A DNA stretch of 64,000 nucleotides from an uncultured Pseudomonadales bacterium (GCA_964487665.1 CAZARR010000005.1:100-64099), one strand, 5' to 3'. Counted from the first letter of the stretch, positions 42,642 through 52,783 are shown. Translations and numbers: made by a program. The notes: generated from the sequence alone by a model not told the origin.

Positions 42642-43190
42642 ATGAAGATAAATTTACTATCTATAAAACCAGACCGTTTTGGTAAAGCTCAGAGAATACG
42701 AATTGCAAACAGGTGGTTAATCAAGGTTGTTCTGGTGTCATTGGCTACAACGTTTGTTGTTGTACTCGGTTTGTTGCTTTTTTATTCATACTCAGTACGA
42801 TCAAAGGAAGTCGAGTTAGCCAATTTGAAAAAAAGTTATGAAGGAAGAGTAGACGAGGTGGTGCGATATGTTGGTGTAAAAGTCATGGTCGCTCAGGTAG
42901 AAAAGATTATTGGTAGTCGCGGAAATTACCCTTCGTTGGTGCGGAATGCTTACAAGATCTTTCCTGAGAATGTATTGATCACACAAACTTCATTTGACCA
43001 GCTGGGTAATATAAAGATTTCTGGGAAAACTGATAGCGTGATTGGTTATCGGGATTTTCTAGATTTTTTCCGGACTGTATCGGCAAGAGATGATTTTATG
43101 TTTTCGAATGTAGTACAGGATGGACTTACCTATAGTGACGGCGGCCAGGTTGTGGTGAATATTAAAATGAGGTTGAAAGGAAAAAAATGA
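42642..43190 (+). CDS. pilN: PilN-like pilus assembly protein (single N-terminal TM)
   Basis: Position directly after pilM. One N-terminal TM helix (VVLVSLATTFVVVLGLLLF) then a soluble domain. Confidence 0.55.
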   Translation: MKINLLSIKPDRFGKAQRIRIANRWLIKVVLVSLATTFVVVLGLLLFYSYSVRSKEVELANLKKSYEGRVDEVVRYVGVKVMVAQVEKIIGSRGNYPSLVRNAYKIFPENVLITQTSFDQLGNIKISGKTDSVIGYRDFLDFFRTVSARDDFMFSNVVQDGLTYSDGGQVVVNIKMRLKGKK

Positions 43191-43918
43191 AACCGGTGGA
43201 AGCAAAAGACAAAATAAGCGACGAGCTGCTAAAACAAACCACTCTTTTGTATCTGGCTGTGGTACTGTGTGTATTGGTGAGCTTTATGGTAATTTCCTCG
43301 AGAATAAACGTTCTTAAGAAAATGCGGGTACAGGTATCTAAATTGAATTCAGAGATTGCAGTTTTTAAAACAAGCCTAGAGACGCTAGATAAATTTGGAA
43401 GTACTGTGACTATTCAGGATCAGGATTTACTTGTTAGAGCTATACCAATAAAATTCGATCCCGGATCGGTACTAACAAATATTAGATCGATTAGCCAAAA
43501 AGCTGGGGTAAACATCACTGAATATTCCATGGGTGGGGGAAAACTGGATTCCGACCGAGGTGGAGTGGTAAAGGTTAAGTTAGATATTGTGGGAACAAGG
43601 GCCGGTCTACTTGATTTTATAGACAGGGTGGAGAACGCTTTACCGGTGGGAAACATTGTTGACTTACAAGTGTCAGAAGTAGCCAAGCTGGTTGGTCGAG
43701 GGGCGAGTAGCTCAGACAGTATGAGTTTGGGTCTGACAATAGAATACTCATACTTCCAAGTACCCAAGTTAGCAGATACTAACTTAAAAAATTATCTTTT
43801 ATCTGATCAAAATTTGGCCACGATCCAAACCATTCGGGGATTTGCATCCAATAGCCCGGAAATTACCAGAGGTGGAGTCGGGGTTCGGGGCGGAAATAGA
43901 AATTTGTTTGAAGATTAG
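43187..43918 (+). CDS. pilO: PilO-like pilus assembly protein
   Basis: Position after pilN. N-terminal TM plus coiled coil, then alpha/beta domain. Confidence 0.45.
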   Translation: MKPVEAKDKISDELLKQTTLLYLAVVLCVLVSFMVISSRINVLKKMRVQVSKLNSEIAVFKTSLETLDKFGSTVTIQDQDLLVRAIPIKFDPGSVLTNIRSISQKAGVNITEYSMGGGKLDSDRGGVVKVKLDIVGTRAGLLDFIDRVENALPVGNIVDLQVSEVAKLVGRGASSSDSMSLGLTIEYSYFQVPKLADTNLKNYLLSDQNLATIQTIRGFASNSPEITRGGVGVRGGNRNLFED

Positions 43919-44196
43919 GACTCCGGTTGTGTCTCTGTAGATGTCGTTTCGGGTGTGGACGAATTTTCGTCGACCAGATCTACACTAACCCGTGTACCAT
44001 TTTTTACAGCCATAATTCTAACAAGTTGGCGGATTGCTTTAATAACTTTTCCCTGTTTGCCGATAACACGGCCCATATCCTCTGGGTGTACCTTGATGCT
44101 GAGTATGATTCCGTCTGTTACCTGTTCTTCGCTAATTTGAACATCCTCAGGGTGGTTGACGATATGGGGAATAACGTACTCAAGAAGTTGTTTCAT
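43915..44196 (-). CDS. KH-domain RNA-binding protein (UPF0109/YlqC-like)
   Basis: GRVIGKQGKVIKAIRQL KH GxxG motif. Conserved position downstream of rpsP. Confidence 0.75.
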   Translation of the reverse strand: MKQLLEYVIPHIVNHPEDVQISEEQVTDGIILSIKVHPEDMGRVIGKQGKVIKAIRQLVRIMAVKNGTRVSVDLVDENSSTPETTSTETQPES

Positions 44197-44426
44197 TTAA
44201 GTTTTTTAATTAGTTTGCTAATTGTAGGGGTCGGTAGTGCGCCTTTTTTGATCCACTCCTGGTAGAGCGAGAGATTGATATCTAGCTTGTTTTGGGGGTC
44301 GTGCGGATCATATGTGCCCAGAAGATCTATGTACTTTCCCTTAAGTTTAGAGCGAACTGGAGTAACGACTACACGGTATGATCTCTGGTTCTTTTTGCCT
44401 TTGGGGGTGAGTTTAATTTTTAGCAT
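44193..44426 (-). CDS. rpsP: 30S ribosomal protein S16
   Basis: MLKIKLTPKGKKNQRSYRVVV ... DLLGTYDP, the S16 consensus. Confidence 0.9.
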   Translation of the reverse strand: MLKIKLTPKGKKNQRSYRVVVTPVRSKLKGKYIDLLGTYDPHDPQNKLDINLSLYQEWIKKGALPTPTISKLIKKLK

Positions 44427-44434
44427 AGTGGATA

Positions 44435-45121
44435 TTATAGCAACTCGAGGGCTTTTTTCGCAGCTTGTTGTTCCGCCTCCTGTTTGTTTCTTCCTGAGCC
44501 TTGAGCAATTTGTTTGTCGTTTATTACAACTGACACGGTAAATGTTTTGCTGTGGTCTGGACCAGTGGCGGAGATTTGCTGGTAAACGGGAGAGGCGTAT
44601 CCTTGTTTTTGAGCAACCTCTTGTAGCGAGCTTTTGCTATCCTTTATTGGTTGTTGCAAAATAATTTTATTTAGAGTGGGGATTACCTTTGCATGGATAA
44701 ATTCGGAGACTGCGCTATAACCACCATCTAAATATATTGACCCGATGATTGCCTCAGTCGAGTTAGCAAGTAGCGAAGGGTTGGTTCGTCCTCCAGTGGT
44801 TTCCTCCCCCCTACTCATAAAAAGGCAGTCTCCCAAATGTAAAGCCAAAGCGACCTGGGCTAATGACTGGGTTTTGACCATTGCCGATCGGGTGGTGGTC
44901 AAGACACCCTCTGGTTCTTTTGGTCGCGAAACAAATAGATAGTCAGAGATAACCAATTCGAGAACGGCGTCCCCTAAAAATTCTAGTCTTTCGTTGGAAT
45001 TACGGTTTTTGTGTTCGTTGAGGATCGATCGGTGGGATAGAGCTTCAACAAGAATTTCCAAGTTGGAATAGTGATACCCCAATGTTTGTTGGATAGATTC
45101 GAGTTGGTTCGAGTCGGTCAC
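44435..45121 (-). CDS. rnc: ribonuclease III
   Basis: ERLEFLGDAVLELVISDYLF signature. C-terminal dsRBD (QEVAQKQGYASPVYQ ... AEQQAAKKALELL). Confidence 0.92.
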   Translation of the reverse strand: MTDSNQLESIQQTLGYHYSNLEILVEALSHRSILNEHKNRNSNERLEFLGDAVLELVISDYLFVSRPKEPEGVLTTTRSAMVKTQSLAQVALALHLGDCLFMSRGEETTGGRTNPSLLANSTEAIIGSIYLDGGYSAVSEFIHAKVIPTLNKIILQQPIKDSKSSLQEVAQKQGYASPVYQQISATGPDHSKTFTVSVVINDKQIAQGSGRNKQEAEQQAAKKALELL

Positions 45122-45127
45122 GGTTAT

Positions 45128-45487
45128 TTAGGGTCTGGTAATTTTTAGAGCGCCTGCTAATGCCCCATTAACAAAACTTCCACTACTACTGCCCCCATAG
45201 CGCTTGGCGATTTCAATGGCTTCGTCAATAATAACTTTTGTAGGGACCTTTTTTTTGAAGATAAGTTCGTAAATGGCTAATCGTAAAGCGGCTAAATCGC
45301 TGCGGTTAATTTGAATTAACGGCCATTCTGGGGCTGACTGGGTAATTATTTTATCAATCCTATTTTTGTGGGCTATAACTCTTTGAGCTAGTACAGAGTT
45401 GGGCTTATGTTCCAAAAATGAATAAGAAAAAAGACTTTTGAAGGCTCGTATTCTGCGGCGGTGACGGGGATCGGTGGCGCTCTTCAC
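45128..45487 (-). CDS. nusB: transcription antitermination factor NusB
   Basis: RHRRRIRAFKSLFSY ... LAALRLAIYEL ... IDEAIEIAKRYG ... FVNGALAG. Confidence 0.85.
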   Translation of the reverse strand: MKSATDPRHRRRIRAFKSLFSYSFLEHKPNSVLAQRVIAHKNRIDKIITQSAPEWPLIQINRSDLAALRLAIYELIFKKKVPTKVIIDEAIEIAKRYGGSSSGSFVNGALAGALKITRP

Positions 45488-45496
45488 AATATCTTG

Positions 45497-45649
45497 TTAT
45501 TCTTTGGAGCAATTGGGGCAGATGAAATGTGGTCGTTTTGGTTTGCCACAATTTTTACAGGTGACGGTTGGCAGGTTGGATAGTTTGATAGCTGCCCGTC
45601 TTTTACCCTGGCGTCGAGTGGAGTGTTTTCTTTTTGGTGTTGCGGCCAT
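45497..45649 (-). CDS. rpmF: 50S ribosomal protein L32 (50 aa; below ORF-track length cutoff)
   Basis: Manual minus-strand translation: MAATPKRKHSTRRQGKRRAAIKLSNLPTVTCKNCGKPKRPHFICPNCSKE. L32 consensus KRKxSxxRRxxRR ... LxxCxxCG ... H ... CxxCG. Confidence 0.75.
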   Translation of the reverse strand: MAATPKRKHSTRRQGKRRAAIKLSNLPTVTCKNCGKPKRPHFICPNCSKE

Positions 45650-45659
45650 TGTGCATATT

Positions 45660-47585
45660 TTACCAGTCTTCTATTCCCTGGGCAATCCGATGTCCATGAG
45701 GTGATGAAAGTAGCCTTGAGGCTCTTTGTTTTGCTTCTAAAAAAAGTTTTCGGTCCCAAAAGTGACGTAGACGAAAACATGAGTGTCCGTGTTGACGTGT
45801 TCCGGCAATGTCCCCCGCCCCTCTAAGTTTCAAATCAATTTTTGCTAGTTTTAGGCCATTGTGATATTTTTGCAGAGTTTGAAGTCGCTCGTTTTCCAGT
45901 TGTGATTCTGTGCCTGCAATCAGAAAGAAGTAGCCACGGATAGAGTGTCGGGCCAAGCGTCCACGGAGTTGGTGGAGTTGGGCGAGACCAAATTGTTCTG
46001 CCTGATAGACAAACATAATGTCGGCATCGGGAATATCAATTCCTACTTCGATCAGAGAGGTCGATATGAGGATGCAATTTTTGAGAGATATAAAATTTTT
46101 AATCGTTTCTTGTTTTTGTTTATTTGGTTGTTCGCCGTGCAGACTCAATATGGGAAACAGAGAGCCAAACCTAGTTTGGTAGTAGTGTGAAATGGACTCG
46201 ACTGAGAATTTACCATCGTGAATTTTGGGGCAAACAACGAAAACTTTTTTACCTGCAAAAAGCATTTTTCTGAGCCAGGCGGAGCTACGGCTCTCATCTT
46301 TTTTACTAATCAAGTGGGTTGAAACCCTAGATTGTTTGCGGTGAGGCGCTTTGAGCGTGGTAATTTTTACATCGCCCAAAAGACCTAATGCCAGTGTCCG
46401 GGGTATTGGTGTGGCACTCATGTTTGTTACATGTGGTGCTGGGGAACGTTGGGCAAGTATTTCTTTATGATTCACTCCAAAACGGTGCTGTTCATCGATA
46501 AAAATACTAGATATTGGTGAAGTGAGTGACGCTGGTAGCTGATTAAGTAGCGAATGGGTACCAATGAACACACAAGGGTGTGAGGGTGCTTGAGCTAGTT
46601 TTGATTGTGAGGTAATTAACTTTATTTGGGTTGGAAAATAGCGATCAAAAGTTAAGAAGTGCTGTTGGGCAAGAATTGTGGTAGGAGCCATTAGGCAAAA
46701 CGACGTTCGATTGGTTAAACATTGAGCTGCACAAAACACAGCAATAACAGTTTTCCCAGAACCTGTTTCACCTTGAATTAGGCGGTGCTGTGGTCTTGAT
46801 TTTTCGAGGTCAGAATAAATTAGGTTTATAACTCTTTCTTGAGATTGTGTTAAGGTAAATGGAAGCTTGTTTTTAAGATTATTGTGAGTATTTGCGTCTA
46901 TATGTAGCTCAAGTGAGGAACCTAACTTGAGAGCTTCGATTTGGTTTTTCAAGTTTATTTTTAAGTGTTCAAAAGACGATAAATGGATATCTGCTAAATT
47001 TGATTTTGCGACACTTGGTGGAAAGTGGATGTATTGTAATGCACGGTGAATGTTTGACTGGGCAACTGGATAATAAAACTCATATTTCGAGAGTGTGTAT
47101 TTGATTATTTTTCGAAGCCACTTGGAAGTTATTCCTTCGGTTTGAGGATACACGGGAACCAGGCCTTGTGTGTGTAGCAACTCGGGACCGTATTCTTCTA
47201 TTTGCGGATTGATAAAGACGAGTTTTTTGTTAAAAAAACTAGTCTTTCCTGCCAAAGCATATTGTGTATCTGGGCGAATTAATTTTCTTTGATAGGGTGC
47301 GTTAAACCAAAGTATTGGTACGGTCCCAGATTTGTCGATGGCACGAAAATAGGTAATACCTTTCCCCTTTTGGGTAAATGTATTTCTCTCAAATTCGATT
47401 CGACAAATTAAAGATGAGAATCTATTTGGTTGAAGATTTGAAATATGGGATATTTTGCTGAAGTCAAGATATCTTGTTGGGTAATACTTGGCTAAGTCTT
47501 CTATTGTATGGATACCAAGTTTTGATAGAAGTTGTTGTTTTTGGGGTCCTACTCCGGGTATGTCAGTTACTGGGACGGAGTTCAT
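45660..47585 (-). CDS. recG: ATP-dependent DNA helicase RecG
   Basis: N-terminal wedge/HhH region. GETGSGKTVIAVF Walker A. DEQHRFGV. Helicase C motifs. Confidence 0.92.
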   Translation of the reverse strand: MNSVPVTDIPGVGPQKQQLLSKLGIHTIEDLAKYYPTRYLDFSKISHISNLQPNRFSSLICRIEFERNTFTQKGKGITYFRAIDKSGTVPILWFNAPYQRKLIRPDTQYALAGKTSFFNKKLVFINPQIEEYGPELLHTQGLVPVYPQTEGITSKWLRKIIKYTLSKYEFYYPVAQSNIHRALQYIHFPPSVAKSNLADIHLSSFEHLKINLKNQIEALKLGSSLELHIDANTHNNLKNKLPFTLTQSQERVINLIYSDLEKSRPQHRLIQGETGSGKTVIAVFCAAQCLTNRTSFCLMAPTTILAQQHFLTFDRYFPTQIKLITSQSKLAQAPSHPCVFIGTHSLLNQLPASLTSPISSIFIDEQHRFGVNHKEILAQRSPAPHVTNMSATPIPRTLALGLLGDVKITTLKAPHRKQSRVSTHLISKKDESRSSAWLRKMLFAGKKVFVVCPKIHDGKFSVESISHYYQTRFGSLFPILSLHGEQPNKQKQETIKNFISLKNCILISTSLIEVGIDIPDADIMFVYQAEQFGLAQLHQLRGRLARHSIRGYFFLIAGTESQLENERLQTLQKYHNGLKLAKIDLKLRGAGDIAGTRQHGHSCFRLRHFWDRKLFLEAKQRASRLLSSPHGHRIAQGIEDW

Positions 47586-47725
47586 TATCTAAAGAAAAGA
47601 GGCAGTATTGATGAAGCTACCAAAATCAATGAACCGATGAAAATAATGGCCGTCATGATTTTTCGTCTTCGTTTGGTCATGGGTTACTTGGACAAGATAT
47701 ATAATCTTGGTAAGATTATAAAACA

Positions 47726-50230
47726 GTGTATAGAACACGCCGAGGAAGTGTCAAATGGTTTTCGTGGTGGAGGCTGGCTAAGCTGTTGATTTTTCCGTTG
47801 GTTGGGAGTGTTGTTGTGGCTGGGGTTGCGTTTGCCTGGTATGCAAGAGACTTGCCTGACCCCAACTCTGTCCGTCGAAGGGATGGTTATTCCTCAGTAA
47901 TTTTTGATCGGAGTGGAAACGAAAGGCTGTATGACATTTATGTTGATGCAAACAGGAAGTTTACATCTCTTACGGATGTCCCAATGTACATGAGGCAAGC
48001 GACCATTGCGATCGAAGATAAGGATTTTTATAAACATCAAGGGTTTGATCCATTAACAATGTTGAGGATAGTGAAAAATATTGCAGTTAAGCACCGTCTG
48101 ATTGGCGGATCAACCCTGACCCAGCAGTTAGTAAAAAATGTTTTACTTACAAATGAACGGAAGTTAAGTCGAAAAATCCGGGAGTTCGTGTTGGCAGTTA
48201 GAATCGAAAAAAGGTTTGGTAAAGACGAGATATTACAAATGTATTTGAATGAGGCACCTTATGGTGGGACAACATGGGGAATTTCGTCCGCTGCACAGGT
48301 ATATTTCGGTAAAGATGTAAAGGACCTAGATTTGGTTGAAAGTATTATCTTGGCGGGTATGCCTCAGGCCCCAAGTAAATTTTCGCCATTTGGTCAATAT
48401 CCAAGGTCATTTGTAATGAGAGCAACAGATGTAGCCAGACGTATGCGCGAGGATGGATATATTACCAAAGAACAAGAAAATGAAGTATTGGCAGAGTTAC
48501 CAAAAATTGAATTTAGTAAGACGGGTAAGGGCATCAAGGCGCCCCACTTTGTAATGTATGTGAAAAATCAACTCGAGAGTATGTTTAGCGAGGAGTTGAT
48601 TTCTGGTGGTGGGCTTAGAGTAATTACTACTCTGGACTATGATCTACAGAAAGAAGCGGAAAAAATTGTTGGAGAAGAGATTGCAAAAGTTTCTACAAAG
48701 TTAGATATATCCAATGGAGCGGTAATTGTTATGGACACAAACACCGGTGAGTTGTTGTCAATGGTGGGGTCCAAGGATTATTATGACAAAAGTATTGATG
48801 GTGAGGTTAACGTTACCACCAGACAAAGGCAACCGGGATCGGCAATCAAACCATTGGTTTATGCGGTAGCCCTTTCAAAGGGATATTCCCCTGCTAGTGT
48901 TTTGGCAGATGTAAATACAAAATTCCCGGGTAAAGATGAGAATAATTTCTATGAGCCGAAAAATTATGACGGTAAAGAACATGGGTTGATTCATCTTCGC
49001 CAAGCACTGGCAAGTTCGATTAATATTCCTGCTGTTAAATTGACGGCATTGGTGGGTGTTGATTCTGTGTTAAGCCAAGGATATCGAATGGGGCTGAGCA
49101 CGTTGGCACCCACACAGGAGAACCAATCTCGTTTGGGACTTTCAATGGCGCTTGGAGGTGGGGAAGTAAAACTAATTGATATTGTTGGTGCGTATTCGGC
49201 TTTTGCTAATGGAGGTTACAAAGTTAGCCCATATGCGATTAGTCGGGTGGAAGATAAAGATGGAAAGGTGTTATACGAAAATAAGCAGCTCGAAAAAGCC
49301 AAAGTAATTGACGCAAGAATTGCATTTCTAATAAACTCTATTTTGTCAGATAACGATTCTAGATTACTAACTTTTTCGCCAAATTCGTATTTAAACTTGG
49401 GAAGTAGGCCGGTTGCTGTTAAAACAGGCACGACTAACGATATGCGAGATAATTGGACGATTGGTTGGTCAAAGGATATGTCAGTAGGGGTATGGGTGGG
49501 AAACAATGACAATAGGCCGATGAAGAATCTTGCGAGCGGTGTGTCTGGGGCAGCCCCTATTTGGCGAAGGATAATGCTAGAGGTGCTAACAAAACACCCT
49601 GATAAACCATTCTTTCAGCCAGATGCAATTAGTCAGTTAGAAGTGGATAAGGTTTCTGGTGCATTGGCTCATGATGGTTTTCCTAGCTATAAAGAGTTTT
49701 TTTTGAAGGAACTTGTACCACTGACTGAAGATAAAATACATTTGAAAATTAAGGTTTGTCGAAATGATCCGGATAAAGTGCCATCGCAGGAATTGGTTGA
49801 TCGTGGTGAGTATGATACTAGGGAAGCAGTTTTAATTAGGGAAACGGACCCAATTTCGGGCAAAGACCTGTGGCAACAAGCGATTGATAGGTGGGTAAGC
49901 GAGCAACCGGGGAATTTATTTAAGATTCCAAGCGAGGGCTGCGGTGCGAGTCAGACTGAGTTTCGTGCCGATTTTGACAGCCCCAAAGATGGAGAAAGAG
50001 TAAACGGCGAAGAGGTAAATGTTCGGTTGACGTTTAGTGATGTGGCAAAGGTAAGCTGGGCAGATTTGTATATAGATGGGATTGTAGAGCAAAGATTCGA
50101 AAAAGCTCCGTTTGAAAAAAGTTATAAGTTAACCACCGGTACACATGAATTGAAAGTTATTGCAAAGACGAGTGATGATAAGCAGGTAGAAAAGTCAATA
50201 AGATTTGGCTTCAATGCAGACGTAAATTAA
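47726..50230 (+). CDS. class A penicillin-binding protein (PBP1A: glycosyltransferase + transpeptidase)
   Basis: N-terminal TM. GT51 motifs (ATIAIEDKDFYKHQG, RKIREFVLAVRIE). Transpeptidase SxxK (GSAIKP), SxN, KTGT. Confidence 0.9.
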   Translation: MYRTRRGSVKWFSWWRLAKLLIFPLVGSVVVAGVAFAWYARDLPDPNSVRRRDGYSSVIFDRSGNERLYDIYVDANRKFTSLTDVPMYMRQATIAIEDKDFYKHQGFDPLTMLRIVKNIAVKHRLIGGSTLTQQLVKNVLLTNERKLSRKIREFVLAVRIEKRFGKDEILQMYLNEAPYGGTTWGISSAAQVYFGKDVKDLDLVESIILAGMPQAPSKFSPFGQYPRSFVMRATDVARRMREDGYITKEQENEVLAELPKIEFSKTGKGIKAPHFVMYVKNQLESMFSEELISGGGLRVITTLDYDLQKEAEKIVGEEIAKVSTKLDISNGAVIVMDTNTGELLSMVGSKDYYDKSIDGEVNVTTRQRQPGSAIKPLVYAVALSKGYSPASVLADVNTKFPGKDENNFYEPKNYDGKEHGLIHLRQALASSINIPAVKLTALVGVDSVLSQGYRMGLSTLAPTQENQSRLGLSMALGGGEVKLIDIVGAYSAFANGGYKVSPYAISRVEDKDGKVLYENKQLEKAKVIDARIAFLINSILSDNDSRLLTFSPNSYLNLGSRPVAVKTGTTNDMRDNWTIGWSKDMSVGVWVGNNDNRPMKNLASGVSGAAPIWRRIMLEVLTKHPDKPFFQPDAISQLEVDKVSGALAHDGFPSYKEFFLKELVPLTEDKIHLKIKVCRNDPDKVPSQELVDRGEYDTREAVLIRETDPISGKDLWQQAIDRWVSEQPGNLFKIPSEGCGASQTEFRADFDSPKDGERVNGEEVNVRLTFSDVAKVSWADLYIDGIVEQRFEKAPFEKSYKLTTGTHELKVIAKTSDDKQVEKSIRFGFNADVN

Positions 50231-50798
50231 CCTGTTTTTTTAGTAAAAGCAAATACTCTTCGTTCGAGCTTTTTTGTCCAACAAGTGGCGATTTGGTTTG
50301 CGAAACGATTGACAAACCCAAAGATCGAATGTTTGACATGGTGTCTTCTAAAACTTGTGCCACCAGTTCAGGACGTAGTTGTCCTCGACATATTTGGTGT
50401 GGCTGAGCTTCGTAATGTGTTTTGACCAAAGTAATTATTATTCCTGATGGTTTTAGGTGCTTGATGGCGTTCGGAAGGATGTTTTTTTGTTTTGTCCATG
50501 AGACATCAATAGTGACGAGATCAACAGGGTTTGGGATTTGTACGTTCATTGCGTTTGTTCTTTCGTGAACTTCGACGCGCGGATCTTGACGTAGTTTCCA
50601 GGCCAGAACTCCATAGCCGGTTTCAACTGAGTAGACTTTACTTGCTCCATGTTGTAGCAGGCAATCTACAAAGCCTCCGATGTTACTACCAAAGTCAGCG
50701 CAAGTGTATCCTAATATATTTAGCTTAAAAAAAGAAATCGCATAATCAAGTTTGTACCCTGCTCTGCCGACAAAAGAAAGGTCAGAAATTTTGGTCAA
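50211..50798 (-). CDS. TlyA-like FtsJ-fold rRNA 2'-O-methyltransferase (no S4 domain)
   Basis: SFVGRAGYKLDYAISFF ... CADFGSNIGGFVDCLLQHGASKVYSVE, a SAM-binding FtsJ/TlyA pattern. Confidence 0.7.
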   Translation of the reverse strand: MTKISDLSFVGRAGYKLDYAISFFKLNILGYTCADFGSNIGGFVDCLLQHGASKVYSVETGYGVLAWKLRQDPRVEVHERTNAMNVQIPNPVDLVTIDVSWTKQKNILPNAIKHLKPSGIIITLVKTHYEAQPHQICRGQLRPELVAQVLEDTMSNIRSLGLSIVSQTKSPLVGQKSSNEEYLLLLKKQVNLRLH

Positions 50799-52782
50799 GT
50801 CGACGTAATTTATTTTTTATTTGCGTAGCCTCTTTTTCTGAAAGATTTTTGCTTACGTCGAGGATGGAAATTCGAAATGTGTGTTGGTTGTGGAACGATT
50901 CTTTAAAAATAACCCTTGAAATTCTTGGATCGGTTCGATAAATATTCTCAATTAATTCCCCAATAGGTAATGAGCTTTTAAGGGTAATGTCCTCGACAAG
51001 GGTTGGAAAACTTGGTAAGGATTTTAAATTTCTTTGCACAATAAACTGTCCGGTCAGTATTGAAATGTCTAGATCAATAAGAATAAGTTTGTGGGTGAGT
51101 GGTAATTGAAAAGCTAATAGGGTTTGATTTGAAATTTGTCCGATGTGGCCTATGATTGTGCTTCCTGTACCTATAATTGCAGTTTGTGTTTTTTCAAATG
51201 GTCCATATAAAGAATTTAATTTAGTAAAGTGAATATCGGCGGCATTAAAATGCTTAAATATATTCTCTAAATATCCTTTTGCAGTAAGATAATCGTCACC
51301 ATAAAAAGCCATTGCTAAGGATGGTTTTTCATATGGTAAAGCGCTATTGGTGTTTTTTGTGTATATTTGTGAAACCTCGAATATCCTGATTGGAGGGTCT
51401 ACTTTTCCTTTGTTGAGGCTGATGGTTTCTATTAAACTAGGAATTAAACTGGGTCGCATGATTGAGTTGTCGATGGAGAGCGGGTTTGTTACTTTAACCA
51501 AATTTTCAGAAGTTAATTGTGAAAACTTAAGTAATTGTGGAGAAATAAGTGAGTGTGAATAAATCTCGGTTAAGCCAAGATTGGCAATGTATGATCGAAC
51601 GTCGTACTCCCTCTGTAGTTGGTGATTAGAATTACTCGGGGCTGATGATAAAGAGGGAATTTTTCCAGATAAACGAAAATAACCATAAACACGCGAAATT
51701 TCCTCAGCAATATCATGGGGCAGCTTACAATCATTGATCCGCCACGACGGGACTCTTACGATGAGCTGTTTGGTATTAAGTAGGTTGAGCTTAAATCCAA
51801 GTGACTTTAGGGATGAATTGATCACATTTCGAGGAACACTTTCACCGATGAGGTTGGTAAGCCAATCGATATCAAGTTTAATTGACTGTTGAGGTATGGG
51901 ATTGGGGTAGATATCTATGATTTTGCTGGCTACTATACCGTGGCAGTGTTTGCGAATCAATCGAATTCCAGCATAGAGCGTCGGTAAAACAAGTTCTGGA
52001 TCTGGTTCTTTCTCAAAAATTTGAGCGGCGAGGGTTCTCTCTTGAGTATATAGCGAGGTGGTGCGGATTCTGTGGGGGTCGTAAGTCTGGACAAACAACA
52101 CAGCTCTAGAGGTGTTTTCATCAACCTCGCTATTTTTTGCACCCATAATTCCACAAAGGTCAATCAGCTGGCCAGAACCATCTTCAATGACAATATCATC
52201 CCCACGAAGGACATGAGAACGATTATCCAAAGTAGTAACCATCTCCCCATTCTTACTCGTGCGTAGTTTCATTGTGGACCCTTTAATCTTGTCGTAGTCA
52301 AATATATGGACTGGCTGGCCGTAAAGAAGTGTCAAATAGTTGGTTATGTCGACCAAATTATTTTGGGCTCGAATTGAACATGATTCGAGCTGGTTACTAA
52401 TCATGTTTGGGCTTGGTTTGATCTTGATAGAATCCAAAATAATGGCACAGAAGCGTTTTGCCAGAGATCCATCAATAATTTGGACGTTTAGAGGAAGATT
52501 GTTTTGTGTCGGAGTTGAAATAGGTTCCACGCGGGGTGATTTGAATTTGGCTTTGTAACCAAATCTTGGAAGTATTGCTGATGCTTCACGAGCTATTCCG
52601 AGGGCTGAGGCAGAATCGATTCGATTGGTGATTATTTCGATATCGTAAATATAATCATCTTTGGTTTTTGTTAAGTTGTCGACAGTGGGTCCACAGACTG
52701 ATAAACAATCAGCCAATTGTTGAGGCGATGCTGTGGTTTTTAGAAATTGACAAATTAGCGAGTGTGTTGTTTTGATATCCAT
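50782..52782 (-). CDS. pheT: phenylalanine--tRNA ligase beta subunit (short form)
   Basis: Directly downstream of pheS. B3/B4, B5 and class-II-like C-terminal regions. The track ORF reaches 52839; start trimmed to ATG 52782 (MDIKTT). Shorter than the typical ~800 aa. Confidence 0.8.
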   Translation of the reverse strand: MDIKTTHSLICQFLKTTASPQQLADCLSVCGPTVDNLTKTKDDYIYDIEIITNRIDSASALGIAREASAILPRFGYKAKFKSPRVEPISTPTQNNLPLNVQIIDGSLAKRFCAIILDSIKIKPSPNMISNQLESCSIRAQNNLVDITNYLTLLYGQPVHIFDYDKIKGSTMKLRTSKNGEMVTTLDNRSHVLRGDDIVIEDGSGQLIDLCGIMGAKNSEVDENTSRAVLFVQTYDPHRIRTTSLYTQERTLAAQIFEKEPDPELVLPTLYAGIRLIRKHCHGIVASKIIDIYPNPIPQQSIKLDIDWLTNLIGESVPRNVINSSLKSLGFKLNLLNTKQLIVRVPSWRINDCKLPHDIAEEISRVYGYFRLSGKIPSLSSAPSNSNHQLQREYDVRSYIANLGLTEIYSHSLISPQLLKFSQLTSENLVKVTNPLSIDNSIMRPSLIPSLIETISLNKGKVDPPIRIFEVSQIYTKNTNSALPYEKPSLAMAFYGDDYLTAKGYLENIFKHFNAADIHFTKLNSLYGPFEKTQTAIIGTGSTIIGHIGQISNQTLLAFQLPLTHKLILIDLDISILTGQFIVQRNLKSLPSFPTLVEDITLKSSLPIGELIENIYRTDPRISRVIFKESFHNQHTFRISILDVSKNLSEKEATQIKNKLRRLDQNF

Positions 52783-52783
52783 G

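Noticed and set aside
47532-47789. 85-aa ORF upstream of the PBP gene overlapping the recG start
   Set aside because: Straddles the recG N-terminus and the intergenic promoter region with no protein-like features. Likely spurious.
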